A stretch of 64,000 bases of DNA from Amoebidium appalachense (GCA_963693365.1 CAVNZM010000004.1:13067088-13131087), one strand, 5' to 3'. Numbered from the stretch's first letter, positions 40,020 to 53,808 are shown. Numbers and translations: made by a program. The notes: generated by a model not told the origin, from the sequence alone.

Positions 40020-40205
40020 GCACCCGTCATCAACCAACTGCGCCCTCATACTTCAGGGGGGGGGAGAGAGTTGCATCCGACTGTGCAACTACGTGTACCA
40101 TACTAAAATTGAGTAGGGGAATCTTTATTGTCTGTATTTTGTGCACCTGAAGCACTCGAGCTCAGTTGCATTAATTCATACCACAATTATCCAATTGAGT
40201 AGGGG

Positions 40206-40970
40206 TGTTGGAGTACACTGGTACTCCCGGCTAGCAATGTCTGTTAGAGAAAGTTTCTGAGCAATTGAATAACTGTTTCAACACTCACTCGAGTGCATAG
40301 AGCTTTTGTTTACGGTCATATTCATATATGGTAGTTATATGTTTGAGCCAAAACTGTACCAATGACGAGCTTCACTAGCAACGTGCTAATTGTGCTCATT
40401 AATTAATATTCCCGGTTCAGATGATGTCATGTCTATATTTGCCACAGGATTCTATTCTTAGAGTGGTAGTGTGCTTTATTCCCGGATATTCTCAGAATAT
40501 TTTTAGTTGTGTGAAGCAAGATTTACGTTTAACTGCAATTGGTGTGTTAAACACGTTTATTTGTGTGCTTTAGTGCAAGTTAACTAGCCACTCAACGTGC
40601 ACAGTTAACTTTTATATCTTTAACGACTTGCTTTCATTGTGCTCTCTTTTCGGCCATGCTGTACATGGCCCACCACCAGGGTGCACACGAGGCCACCATG
40701 AGGTGGCCAACGACTATATAAAGCAGTGCCTCCCATGTCACAAACATGGGAAGCAGAACGTTTGATTTACACTTTTCTACTGTCGTTTCCAGTGCACAAA
40801 ACACATAGACTAGTTACCCATCATACACGACACTATGTCTGACAACTTACAGTTGCAGCAACTAGTCCAACTACTGGAGCAGAGGTTGGCCTCACAAGAT
40901 GCAATCATTTCTGACTTACAGAAGGAACAACGTGCACTAGAACTAGCTTCTATGAACACAATGTCCAACA
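40206..40970 (+). repeat. 3' LTR (765 bp)
   Basis: Preceded by purine-rich GAGTAGGGG; same sequence as the 5' LTR. Confidence 0.97.
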
Positions 40971-41299
40971 GGCGGGAGGGGGGGGGGGGGGGGGGGGAGG
41001 GGGCGAGGGGGGGGGGGCGAGACGAGCGGGAGTCGGAGCTCGAACCTGAGTTACTGACAGGCTAAGCCTCATTATGATGTTTTTTTGAAAGTTTAGTGCC
41101 ACACTGAAAACATGTGGTAAGCCACGCATATATATAAGTTGCTGGGACCGAGCCAGTGGCGCTGAGACGAGCTCTTTCAGTGCGAAATCTGTTCTTCCCC
41201 GTCTTCAGTACTCTCTCGTTGTTGTTGTTGAGGGGGGAACTTCAGGGGGGGGGGGGGGGGGGGGGGGGGGAGGGGGGGAGGGGAGGGGGGGGGGGGGGG

Positions 41300-41390
<91 letters not shown>

Positions 41391-43966
41391 TGCATACGCA
41401 AGGGAAGCACAGAGAGAGAGAGAGAGAGGGAGTGGGAGGGAGAGAGCCTCGAGAAAGAGAGAAAAAGGGGGAGAGGGAAGAAACGGAAAAGAGAAACGGG
41501 AAAAGAAGAAAGAAAAGAGAAGGGAGAGAGAGAAGAAACGGAAAAGAGAAACGGGAAAAGAAGAAACAAAAGAGAAAGAAGAATCCAATTTATTAATCAT
41601 AGAAAGGAGGAGAAAGAAAGCGCACACGCACACACAAACACAAACGCATACCTAATCAGCAAGACACGAATACAAACTCTACATGATCATACGTGTACGT
41701 GCTTGTGCACATCGTCAAGGGCGGGGAGAAGGGTTCGGAGAGAGGAGGGGGGAGGGGGGGGGGGGGGGGGGTTATGCCTGCAAGAGAGAGTCTCTCAAGA
41801 CTGGCTTCAAAGCAGATGGGGCGATTGCCAACACTATTCACAAGGCAGTCATGCCTGCACGGTGCTTTGAATGCACTCCGATTCAGTGAACCTCGGCTAC
41901 CTTGGACGTCCATTGAGTTCGAACGGCAACGTCCCCCCACCCCCCCCCTCCCTCCCCTCCCCTCCCCCCTCCCCCCTTGATCCCTTCCCCCTCCCCCCCC
42001 ACTGCCGTGTACACCGTTTTCATTCACGTGAGGAGGCTCAGTCGCGGGCCGGCAAACTTTATTTCAGAGCCTGATGAGTGAGGCCATGCATGGCGCCATG
42101 CTTGAATGATGAATTGATTCATGCATATGAATGACTCTTGCAATTGAATTTGAAGCAATCCAACTTTGGCCAATCCATGCATACCTATATATATGTGGCC
42201 AGAGGCAGTAGATGGTCAAATTGATCATAATGATATGCGACAGACTCACTAACACATTGTAGGACTTTCCTAATATACTAGGCTATAATATTAGCTCGCC
42301 TTTTCTGATCATGCGGTTGAAGGTTCATTTCATCATTCATGGTCATCAGGTATGTAGGACCTGCACTGCGCCTGCGGCCTGCCGCCCTACTGTGTACACG
42401 TGTGCACTTTGTGTCATTTCCGGGCGCTCATGATCATCATCGACGTCATGTCATCATGCGCACCAGTACCAGCCTGCCAGTGCTCTGACATCTGATGACT
42501 GGCCCAGGAGGCAGGAGGTACCTTCAACCGCGCCCACCGGCCCCGGGCCACTCCCCACTCTCCTCGGTCGTGGCCCCACTATGCCAAGATTTATTAACGA
42601 AAATGGAGGGCTATGGGGTTAAGCGGGCCTGTTTTCTTGTTTTTTTTTTTTCTTTTGACTGGATTTATTCAACGGAAAGATATGCAAGTATGCACGGCAT
42701 ACGGAGAAGACAATAAAAACTTCACGAGTTATCCAGTAACAAGTGCATACTGAGATACCTGAACACTGTGTGAAAATCATATAAATACTCAATGTGACGA
42801 CCAACAGAATTCAACAAAAAGTCTAAAGTGTTCACATACATTGCCAGCTAGTGTAGCAGATACCCGGAGGGAAAGAGGTAAAACGCGACATAAAAATTCA
42901 CACCTATCAACATGCGTGCGATTAAAAAGGTCAGCACAAAAGTGGCACCAGCGGCGATGAAAACAAGAATTACAGCGCCACTGCACAACTTCCCAGGCAA
43001 TATCAACATCAGAGCACCATACAGACTTATCTACTAGGGTGGTATCCATACGTACAGCAGGAGAAATGTATTCATGCATCTGGCAACTTCATGGCGCCGC
43101 GGCCGGCGCCATTTTTGCCGCCTGCAAGGCTGCAAGGCGCTGCAGCCCGCAGTGGACTGTGACGTCGTGGCGTGCTGAAACTTGATATGCGTTCACAATT
43201 GCCAATGATTCGCGATTCCGGATTCGCGAATCGCGAATCGCTACTCTAGAAATCAACCCATAAATGGAAAGTACATCGCCATTTCCGATTGGTGAGGCAA
43301 GAAAGCCACTCAGCTTCGGAATCTGCACCCTCAAAAGCCCTGAGTGACTTTTCACCACTCAGCTCTCGAATATGCACCAACGAAAGCTGATAGTGACAGT
43401 GCGCAGTTTTTATAGGGTAGGTAAAAAAAAAAATTCTTTTTTTTTTATGAAAAAAAAAAAAAACCAAAAAAAAAACATACATGCATGATCATGATGTCAG
43501 CTCACTCAGCTGTGTGTTCCGATTTCAATTTCATAACAGATAAAACACAGAACTGACAAACCTCCAATCCAGTGATCGAAAAATGTTAACATGCCTGATG
43601 AAAATTTTTAGGATTGAGAACAGGTTTTAATTTCATGTCTAGTGGTTGAAACGTAAAACGGATCTGGAAGCAGCCTTGTTTTGAATTGTATGTATGCCAA
43701 AAAAAAGCGCCGTTGGCGTTGGTTCTATTATATACGAGACACCGCCCGCGTGCGGACTCTGACTTACTCCAAGCCAGTCTAAGGGGTCACGTGAGAAATT
43801 CAATATCTGCCTGATTGGTCTGTTGTCACTGATTGCTTTCTCCGTATGTTAGTCCTTGGCCGAAGTATAGAAAATGCTGCCTGCAGTGAAAACTTCGCTA
43901 TCCCACTCTGCATTGTCGAAAGGAGCATCCCTTTTTCGTTTGTTGATTTCTGCAAGTCGGAGCAAC

Positions 43967-45604
43967 ATGGCGGACCAGAAGAAGTGGGAGGGGACAACAG
44001 ACGTAACCACCGAGGGCCGGGTGACCGATGTCGACTATGGCGCATCCAACGCTGGCCTCGGCGTTGCTGAGAATGCCGCGCCAAGGAACTCTTGGGCACA
44101 GCTGTGGTCCACCAAGTCCTTCCATGGCCTGGTGGCAGAGGCCAACTCAGACGTCGGTATGAAGCGTGTGCTTGGTGGCTTCGACCTGATGTTCATCGGC
44201 ATTGGAGCCATCATCGGAACGGGTATCTTCGTGTTGGCTGGTGTGGCCGCTGGCAAGTACGCCGGGCCTGCTGTCGTCATTTCCTTCATCGTCGGTGGTG
44301 TGGCTTCCGCCTTTGCCGGCCTGTGCTACACCGAGATGGCCACCATGATCCCCATCGCCGGCAGCGCATACACCTTTACCTACGCCACACTCGGTGAGCT
44401 TGTTGCCTGGGTGATAGGTTGGGATCTTCTGCTGGAGTACATGATTGGCTCGGCTGCCGTGGCAGTGGGCTGGTCTGCGTACTTCACCAAGTTCTTCAAG
44501 GCCGCATTTGGTGTGGTGTTTGACCATCGTTTCTGTTCTGCCCCCCTGTCATGGGATGCAAAGGCGGGCGCTTTTGTGACCACTGGCAACTACATCGACC
44601 TGCCTGCTGCATCCATCTGCATCATTGTCATGATCCTGCTGGTGGTGGGCATCAAGGAGTCTGCCTGGATCAACCACATCATTGTTCTCATCAAGGGCTC
44701 GGCTGTCATCACGGTCATCATCTGGGGCTTCACCAAAGTTGACGCTGACAACTACAGCCCCTTCATGCCCCCAAACCAGGGTGGGGATGTGTATGGTTTT
44801 AAGGGTGTGATGCGTGCGGCCGTCATTGTGTTTTTCGCCTACATCGGGTTCGATGCTGTTACCTGCATGGCGCAGGAGGCAAAGGTGCCCCAGCGGGATC
44901 TCCCCATCGGTGTGCTCGGTTCACTGGGTGTCTGCACGGTGCTGTACATCCTCATGTCCATTGTGCTCGTGGGTGTGGTCCCCTACACGGCATTTGCCAA
45001 GGAGGCCTCTCCCCTGGCCCTTGTGGCCGACACCATTGGCGGCAAGGGGCTTGTGATCTACGTCACGCTTGCCGCCCTGTGCGGTCTGACCTCCGTGCTG
45101 CTGGTCATGCAGATGGGCCAGCCCCGCATCTTCTATTCCATGGCCAAGGACGGCCTGCTGCCCGCTTTCTGTGCCAAGATCCATCCCCGCTTCGGCACGC
45201 CCCACATCACAACCATCATCACCGGTCTGTTCTGCGCCGTTGCCAGTGCACTACTGCCCATCGACGTGCTTGCCGACATGTCTTCCATCGGCACCCTGTT
45301 TGCCTTTGTGCTCGTGTCCCTGGGCACCATTGTGCTCCGCTTCACCCAGCCCGACGCCCAGCGGCTGTTCAAGGTGTGGGGCAACATCCCCATCAACCGC
45401 AACGGGGTGCGCTACGACTTCCCCATTGTACCCCTGCTGTCCATTGCCATGTGCATCTGGCTCATGTCCTCCACCGGCGCTGAGACCGCCTACCGATTCC
45501 TCGGGTGGCTTGCTGCCGGCCTGCTAGTATATGGCTTCTACGGCCACTGGCACAGCAAGCTGCGATTTGGCACCAGCGAGATTACTCGTGAGTTGGCTCA
45601 CTAA
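43967..45604 (+). CDS. APC-superfamily amino acid permease (cationic amino acid transporter-like), intronless
   Basis: Likely ATG at 43967 (MADQKKWEG); GAIIGTGIF, GLCYTEMATMIPIAGSAYTF, FFAYIGFD, QPRIFYSMAKDGLLP, SIGTLFAF; ~12-14 hydrophobic segments. Confidence 0.95.
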   Translation: MADQKKWEGTTDVTTEGRVTDVDYGASNAGLGVAENAAPRNSWAQLWSTKSFHGLVAEANSDVGMKRVLGGFDLMFIGIGAIIGTGIFVLAGVAAGKYAGPAVVISFIVGGVASAFAGLCYTEMATMIPIAGSAYTFTYATLGELVAWVIGWDLLLEYMIGSAAVAVGWSAYFTKFFKAAFGVVFDHRFCSAPLSWDAKAGAFVTTGNYIDLPAASICIIVMILLVVGIKESAWINHIIVLIKGSAVITVIIWGFTKVDADNYSPFMPPNQGGDVYGFKGVMRAAVIVFFAYIGFDAVTCMAQEAKVPQRDLPIGVLGSLGVCTVLYILMSIVLVGVVPYTAFAKEASPLALVADTIGGKGLVIYVTLAALCGLTSVLLVMQMGQPRIFYSMAKDGLLPAFCAKIHPRFGTPHITTIITGLFCAVASALLPIDVLADMSSIGTLFAFVLVSLGTIVLRFTQPDAQRLFKVWGNIPINRNGVRYDFPIVPLLSIAMCIWLMSSTGAETAYRFLGWLAAGLLVYGFYGHWHSKLRFGTSEITRELAH

Positions 45605-46728
45605 TGTTTTCAAAGTATTGTTTGTTAACCCAAACAGCATGTACAGTGTCGTATGCATGTAAGGAGTTTTCTGAAATTCCGTTTTTTTGTCGCTGCAATC
45701 TTTGAGAGTTCTATCTGTAATTCCGCTTTCATGTGGCTGTAATTTTTTAGCCTCGGTTATAAAGTTAGAATTAATGGCCCGACTAAGTGACAGACGGCCT
45801 TGGTGCTGCAGCAAAAACGAGCGGATGACACGCTCGAAGCTGTAATTTGAAGCTTGAGGTAAAAAAAATTAAGGTGGCGAAAATAAAAAGTGCCAAACTG
45901 TGAACTAATGTTGTTTGCTGCCTTGACTACACAGTGCTTGCTTGCGCCATCTCACGCGCCAAAACACATACACACAAACCGGCCTAGCCATACATACACG
46001 GACCCTCAACATATGCATCTCATGTGTGACATCACACTCACACACACCCAACTATAACGCAATAGACCGAGTTGCACGTTCACTAACCGCTAAGGTTCAC
46101 AAAGCATGAAACTTTTTTACTGAGATTTGAATGGCCCGTGCTTTGCCCACACTCCGGCACCAAACTTCTTTGCAAAATTTGTTTGCATCTTTTGTCCCCA
46201 CGAGGTGGTGGGGTGTGTGTGTGGGGGGGGGGGGGGGGGAGGGGGGGAGGGGGGAAGGAGCAGCAGAAAATATGGGTATCCCCGGTTCTCCATATCCGCT
46301 CGCGCCCACCACCACCACCACCTTCCCACCACCACGCCACCTATCCGTTAAGGTAAGGATGGTGGCTCTTCTCTCCCCTCCCCTCCCCCTTTCCCCCTCC
46401 TCCCCCCCACCTTCTCCCACACACACACAGACACCCCCACCCCGAGCTTACCCCCCCCACCCCCCCCCCCCCACCCCCCTCCCCCTTGGCCCCGATGGGG
46501 CTTGGAGTCTCGGTTGAACACACCTTGAAACTCCCCCTCTCCCCTTTTCCCCCGGTGACACCCACCAACATCTTCGTTCGTTCCTGTCTATGGCTTAGCC
46601 CGTCGATATGTGATTGGACCTTGGTGAGCACATGCGTGCGTGTGTGTATGTGTGCGTGTGTGGATGTCACAGTGTGCGTGTGTGTGTGTGTGTGTGTTTG
46701 CATGTGCGCCGAGAGACATTCCAGTGAC

Positions 46729-46829
<101 letters not shown>

Positions 46830-46846
46830 GCTAAGTAACGTTGTGG

Positions 46847-48379
46847 CATTTCAAATGCGCATCACATGTACAGCGCGACACACCTGAAAGACAGCGGGCT
46901 AGCGGGGGGAATTGAATGGGACAGGGGGAAGAGGCCGGGAAGGGAGGGAGTGGGGGCGGGAGAGGGGGGAGGAGGGGGGGCTTGGGCCATAAAAGATATT
47001 GAATCGCCCCCGGTCGTTACACCCCTGGTCAATCCCCTCAGGCCTACTCTTCGTGCCAGCTAAGGGATTCTTGACTTTGAAACGGGGAGGGGGGTAGTAA
47101 TAAATTTGGGGGGCAGGGGGGACCCGCCCCTCCCTTTGGACTGGTGGGTCTCCCCCCATCCCCCCGCCCGGAAGGGGGAGGGGGTAGGGGGAGCACCCCT
47201 CTGGCTGAAGGGGGGGGGGGGGAGGGGGGGGGGGAGGGGAACCCACCACCCACTTGCAACTGAGTAGGTGGGTCCCCCCCCGGGGGGGAAGGGGTGGGCG
47301 GCTCGGAGGGGGGTCCACCCACCCACTAGGCTGTCATCACGTGACTACATCAAATAATCTGATCATATAATAGTACTATGGGTTAGCTTACTAATACGTT
47401 GCCAAATTTAAGCATTGAGGCTGCTAATAGGAGTGTTTGATCATCTGAAACTCAGGCTGTATGTCGTACGATCATAGTCTCCCTCCCGACCCCCCCTTTT
47501 CCCCCTCCCCCCGGGCCGCTGTCTCCCCCTCCCTCCCCCCCCTCCCCCTCCCCACCTTCCCCCCCCCCCCCCCCCCCCCCCCCTCCCCAGCTCTCGTACT
47601 CGTCTCCAGTCGCCCCACCGAGCGGGCACACACACGCACACACTTTCACAAGTACTTAACTCACACATACCTGCACACGCATGTACCACACACGCACACC
47701 AGGTCCACAAACTTTGACCAGCGACGAGCACCCGACATATGCATGAACATGCAGATCCCACAACCAAACATACACACACAGCCCACAAAAACAAACCAGC
47801 CACCCGTAGGAAACAGCCACGCACAACACCTAGAGCCGAAACCCCCCCCACCCACACCCTACCGGCCTGCCCTAGCTGCAGATACACCCACCGAAAAACA
47901 GAGTGCAACCCCCACCACACCTACGGACACACAGCAGCCATCACCACCCTACATGACATGGGATACCACATACACCCCACCACTCTCAACCCAACAGCAC
48001 CACCACACCATGCTAGACCCCCGTCAGCAGACATGTGAAAATTCGGACCCGGAACCCCCCATAGCTAAACCATAGTTAGCTAGAATCAAACCCCCCCCGT
48101 ATCTTTTGTAAATAGTATAGTCCGATCGTTCTGCCATGTCTGTCTGACAGGCTCAGTCTGGAACGTAGGTAACAGGTCCCATGGGGCTGGTACCCACCAC
48201 TAGACAGCGGTACTGAATAAGACCATAAATAAAAAAGGTTAAAATCAAATGAACATACAGATACATTCACCAACTGTTACACCGCACACACATACATTTC
48301 CTGCCAAACGGATTCGCACACGAACACTGCACGGTGAGCACGATAACCTGCCTCCAATCATTTATAACTTAGAGAAAGA

Positions 48380-48451
<72 letters not shown>

Positions 48452-48727
48452 CTGCGTGTGTGCATTTACTTGTGTAAATGAACACTGAGGTTGAGGGAGT
48501 GAAGGGGAGGGGAAGGGGAAGGAGGGAGTGGGGCAGGACGGGCAGGGGTAGGTAAGGAGGTGAGTGGGGGGGGGGGGGGGAAGGGAGGGAAGGGTCGTTA
48601 GCGAATGTTAAGGAGCATACCATGAGTACACATGTGCCGCGGACAACACAAAGAGGGCCTTGCAAAGAACACACAAAGAGTATGCATCCGGCAGAAGAAG
48701 ACTCTGTGTCCCTCACGAAGTGTGTGT

Positions 48728-48758
<31 letters not shown>

Positions 48759-49593
48759 GGGGGGGGGGGGAGGGGGGAGGGGTTCGAGGGGGAGGGGGGG
48801 AGGGGGGGGCGCAGGGGGATATGCACCAGTGGCCAGAACGGAAGCAATTCCTCAAAAAAAAAATAACGAATACAACCTTTGCGCATGGGGGGGAGAGGGG
48901 GCGGGGGTAGACGGGGAGGGATGGGGGGAGGGGAGGAGGGGGGGGGGGGGGGGGGGGGAGGGAGGGAGAGGGGGTTGGGCAGGGGGACCAACCACCCAAC
49001 TGGCCCCGGGTGGGTCCCCCTCCCCCTCCCCCCCCCCCCCCTCCCCCCGCCCCGCCCCGCCCCCCCTCCTCCGAGAGAGGGGGGACCCACCAACCCCTGC
49101 AGTCACCCTGGCCAAACATGTGGATGGGGAAGGGGGAGGGAGGGGGAGCCAGCACCAGAGGAGACAAAGGCGATATCTACTATCCCCCGCCCCCCCCCCC
49201 CCCCCTCCCCCCCTCCCCCCCCCCCCCTCCCCCCCGCTGGGGGCATTCGAAACCTGAAAATCCCTAACCGGCCAGTAGGTCCCCGCCCCCCTTCTCCCCT
49301 CCCCCCCCCCCCCCCTGCCTTCCCTCCCCTCCCCAGCCCCTCCCCTTGGGGACCAACTGGCCGGTAAGCTGGCGTGAAGGGTAGGCCGGGTGGAAGGTGG
49401 GGAGGAACCACAGGGGTGATTCAATATCTTATATACGGCCCAGCCCCCTCTCTCCCCCCCTCCCCCCCCCCTCCCCCCCCCCCCCCCCCCCACATCCCCC
49501 ACCTCGGGCCTCTTTCCCCTGTCCCATTCAGTTGCCCCCTCTGGCCCGATTTCTTTCAGGTGCGCGCTGTACATGTGATGTGTATTTGAAATG
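46847..49593. mobile_element. Putative non-autonomous DNA element bounded by ~215-bp diverged inverted repeats
   Basis: 46847-47062 (catttcaaatgcgcatcacatgtacagcgcg..cacctgaaaga..gaatgggacagggg..aagatattgaatc) is the inverse of 49366-49593; no credible internal ORF. Confidence 0.6.
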
Positions 49594-50103
49594 TGTGTGT
49601 ATGTGTTTGTGTGCGCGTGTGCGCATGTATGTGCGTGCACGTGTGTGTGCGTGTGTGCGTATCTGTGCGCATGTGTGTGTTTGTGTGCGCGTACACGTGT
49701 GTGCGCAGCAGTGCATGTGTGATGTGTCTCTGCCAGGCCAATATGAAAGTGGTGTGCGGCATGTACACTTGCAGTGGTAAATAGGGTTGTGGGAGGACGG
49801 CGCGGGAGGTATCAAGTTGGGGTGGGGGAATTCCCCCGGGGCGGGGGCGGGGGGGGGAGGGGGGGAGAAGGGGGAGGTGGGGGGGGGGAGGGGCGGGAAG
49901 GGGGGATTAGGATTAACCAACGGCAGAGAAGCATGTTATCTTGCATTCCTGGTATTAGGGCGTTAGACCAAGCATCAAGTTTATGTTTGAGCATTGTTTG
50001 CTGCGTGATCACACGAGGATGTAATCTGCTATCACAATTTTCCTTACAGGGAGTGACATGGGTACGGGGTTTACGCTGTTTACTCGAGCAAAGAGAGACC
50101 AGT

Positions 50104-50329
50104 CTCAGGTATGGGGGTTTTTGCTCGGAAAATCCCCTCAGCGGTATATCATGATCAAGTACATAGAATCTGATGTCGGGTGATGATTATATATCAGGGT
50201 TTACTTTCTCTACGAGGCACCATAAAGACTAAGAAAATCAAATTAGTTGGTCCCCCCCCCCCCCCCTTTTTTTTTTTTTTTTTTTTCGGGCTCCCCTGGG
50301 ACACTCGGTATCAGCTGGTGTGTGTGTGT

Positions 50330-50381
<52 letters not shown>

Positions 50382-50400
50382 ACATGTGTATGTGTGTGTG
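50104..50400 (+). repeat. ~215-bp dispersed repeat with internal T-run and (TG)n tail, copy A
   Basis: Aligns in inverse orientation with 59670-60027 (tcccctcagcggtatatcatgatc, gatgtcgggtgatga, tatatatcagggtttactttctctacgag, ccctgggacactcggtatcagctgg). Confidence 0.85.
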
Positions 50401-50536
50401 TGTTGTGGACAACCAGGTCTAATTATCTTTATTTTTTTTGGACCATAGCCGTCATAATTTTTTTCGTTCCGTGACACGGTGGTGGTCACCGTGGTGGTGG
50501 TGGTGATTGTGGTGGTGGGTGGGGGTGTGGGTGGGT

Positions 50537-50573
<37 letters not shown>

Positions 50574-50792
50574 ATAATCCACCAGAGTTAACGTTGGCAA
50601 TGGTAAGGTCTAAGACTTTTATCTTATCAAAATAAAAATAAAACTGGCAATATTCAATCTTACTTGAACTTCAACCTTTCTCATAATCAGGCACCCCCTG
50701 TAAATATTCAGGATGTGCGTCATAATGTAGCAACTTTCCTTGTAAGTTAAAACAATCATGGCAGAGGTCATGGCAGTCACTGGTAGGCGAAT

Positions 50793-50836
<44 letters not shown>

Positions 50837-51574
50837 CCGCCCATCCGATCCTCTCCGCGCATCTTTATATTTTCAACAACAGAAAAACATTCAAAATCAC
50901 GCCACCTCGCCACGACGGTGACAGTACTCGTAACTCCCGGGCCCTGCCGGCCTACCGAGTAAAAGGCACAAACTTAAAAAATTAAGTTACAAGCTAACCA
51001 GCAGAACACACACCCTTTGCCTGCCTCGCATGAGTTTGCTAACATCTGAGGCTCTCCCTAGTCGACCATCCGTTGCATTGAACGAGTTCGTGCTTTACCC
51101 ACATATTACACTAGGGTTTCTTTTTGAAATGGATTCACGCTCACGGTCGCAAGAATGTCTGTAGTGTAATGAGAATGACTGCATTCAAACGGCGATACAT
51201 TAACCCAATAAGCCATTTTCCTACTTTTTTTTTTTTGTTATTATTCATGCCAAGTGCCAAGACTAAAGGAGAGAGGGGAAACGACGGGGAGGAAGGAGGG
51301 GAGAGCGGGGGAGAGGGGGGGGGGGGGGGGGAGGGGGGAGAGGGGGGGGGAGTGGACAGGACCACAGTTGAATACGCAGGAAAGTTTCGAGCTGGCACGG
51401 ATGCATATCATTTGTCCGGCAGACCAGCTACCAAGGAATCATGCAAGACGTGTCCAAACAACACCCTGGGTGGGGTATTGGTATCGTACAACTATAGGCC
51501 CTTGGGCTAACACAGCACTGGTTGGTGGCTGCACTACTCGGGTCCACTAAAAAAAACCAGATGTATGCACTCGT

Positions 51575-51795
51575 GCGTGCGTGTGTGTGTATATGGGTGT
51601 ATATGGGTGCATGCGTGTGTATATGGGTGTATATGGGTGCATGCGTGTGTATGTGGGTGTATATGGGTGCATGCGTGTGTATATGGGTGTATATGGGTGC
51701 ATGCGTGTGTATGTGGGTGTATATGGGTGCATGCGTGTGTATGTGGGTGTATATGGGTACATACGTGTGCATGTGGGTATAGATGGGTGCATGTG
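51575..51795. repeat. 30-bp minisatellite
   Basis: ~7 tandem copies of ATATGGGTGTATATGGGTGCATGCGTGTGT. Confidence 0.9.
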
Positions 51796-51944
51796 TGGTG
51801 TCAGCAGTAACTGCAGGGCAGACGTGCAAGAACCACAAGCATCTGTTTGAACAGCCCTGCAGAGACGTCTAAATCTAAACCATACCCACAGCACACATGC
51901 AATCTTAAGAATGTCATGTGGAAAACCTCTAATCTCTTATTCTC

Positions 51945-51977
<33 letters not shown>

Positions 51978-52076
51978 ACCACCACCACCACCGCCACACA
52001 CACACCCCAACCCCAAAAAAATAAATAAACAAAAAAAAAACCAAAAAAACAACAACAACAAACAACCACCTTAGTA

Positions 52077-53683
52077 CTACATGTACACGGACTTGAGGTT
52101 TGGTATGACCTGCTTCACGACCTTGAAGTCCCAGCAGTCCAGCCTGCTCTGCAGCAGAAACCTCTTCTCTCCCCGTGCAACATCACGTGCCTTCAGCCCA
52201 CTGTGTTTCCAACATCCAATCAGCAATCCCATACACTGTCCTTATGCACATCGAGCCCCCCCCCCCCCCCCCAAAAAACAAAAACAAAAAAACAAAAACA
52301 AAAAAAAACACACAAATACAATGTCCCTATGCACATCGAGCCCCCCCCCCCCCCCCCCTCCCCCCCCCAACACAAACAAAATGTCCCTATGCGCACCAAG
52401 AATCCAACACTCCCACCTCCGGTGTAAAGCTCTCGCCCCTCCTACCCCCCCCCCCCCCCCCCGCCTTCCCCCCACTCCTTTTTAGCCTGGGGTTTAGGCT
52501 CATAATTCCAGACATCGACCCCCCCCCCCCCCCCCAAACCACCTCCCCCCTCCCCCCCTCCCCCGGCTTTCTTGCACACCACCCTCACCCCCGCCTCGAC
52601 ACACCCACTTTACCTACACACACAGCACACCACTACCATGGAACTCAGCCACCGGGCCATGTCCCTGCGTCACTTTCTCCTATCCCTATCCTCCCCCCCC
52701 CCCCCCCCCCCCCCCCCTCCCCCCTCCCCCCCCCCCCCCACCACCACCACCAAAAGGGACAATAATTGACACAGCATGGCGCAAGACTATGTCCATAAGC
52801 ATCGGGAAGAGCTTTCAAGAGTAAGTGCATTCCCGCACAACCACCTTAATGTATAAACACGTGGCCCTTCCTACGCACCACCCATCCATCCACCCATGCA
52901 GGCACTTAGGGCTACCGCACCGCCAAAACATGCAACCTTTTCAATGTCCCAACCCCTCCCCTGCACCCCACGACACACAACACCGGTGTCTATAAAAGTT
53001 ACCAGTTGTTTCCAGTCATTAGGATTCCATGCAACATGTTGCACCTAAAACAGTAAACCATTTACACATTACATTGGAGCAAACACAGATTTACTAGTGA
53101 CCCCACCCACCCAATGCACTCTACAAAATCCACAACCCACCAACGTGTGATCAACTCTTCCCAAGGCCCCCCCCCCTCCCCCCCCCCCCCCTCCCCCCTC
53201 CCTCCCTCCCCCCCCAACTCCCCCATTCCCCTATGCAGTCCCTAACCCGTCCCCCCTTGCCCGTTTTTTCACAACTCCACGACCCCCCCTCCGCCCCCCC
53301 CCTTCCACCCCACACACATCACACACCTGTTTGTCTTCATGTCCACGTCTGCGCCCTTCTCCATGAGTATCTGCACAATCTGGTCCGTCTTATCCCCCAT
53401 GGCTGCCGTGTGCAGCGGTGTCAGCCCCTGCACACAAACAGAGTTAGTGCCGTTCAGCCCACCCCATCAAACCATACAGCATTTGGCATTGCAACTCCCT
53501 TACCCCTGCAAAACGTGAACAACCTTCCCCACCAACACACACGCAAAAAAACCCAAAAAAAAAAAAAAAAAAAAATTTTTTAAAAAAACGAAAAAGCAAA
53601 ATTGCCTCCTCCCATTGGATATTTCTCCGTCAAAAAAAAAAATTTACCCGTCCACCAATACACAGTCACACACCATGTCCACA

Positions 53684-53724
<41 letters not shown>

Positions 53725-53773
53725 TTCCCCTGCACACCCATGTGTATCCTCCATTTTCATCCCCCCCCCCCCA

Positions 53774-53808
<35 letters not shown>

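Larger units (their letters stand above)
35092..40970 (+). mobile_element. Full-length Ty1/copia LTR retrotransposon
   Basis: Two 765-bp LTRs (TGTTGGA...TCCAACA), PBS at 35857, PPT before the 3' LTR, domain order gag-PR-IN-RT-RH. Confidence 0.97.
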
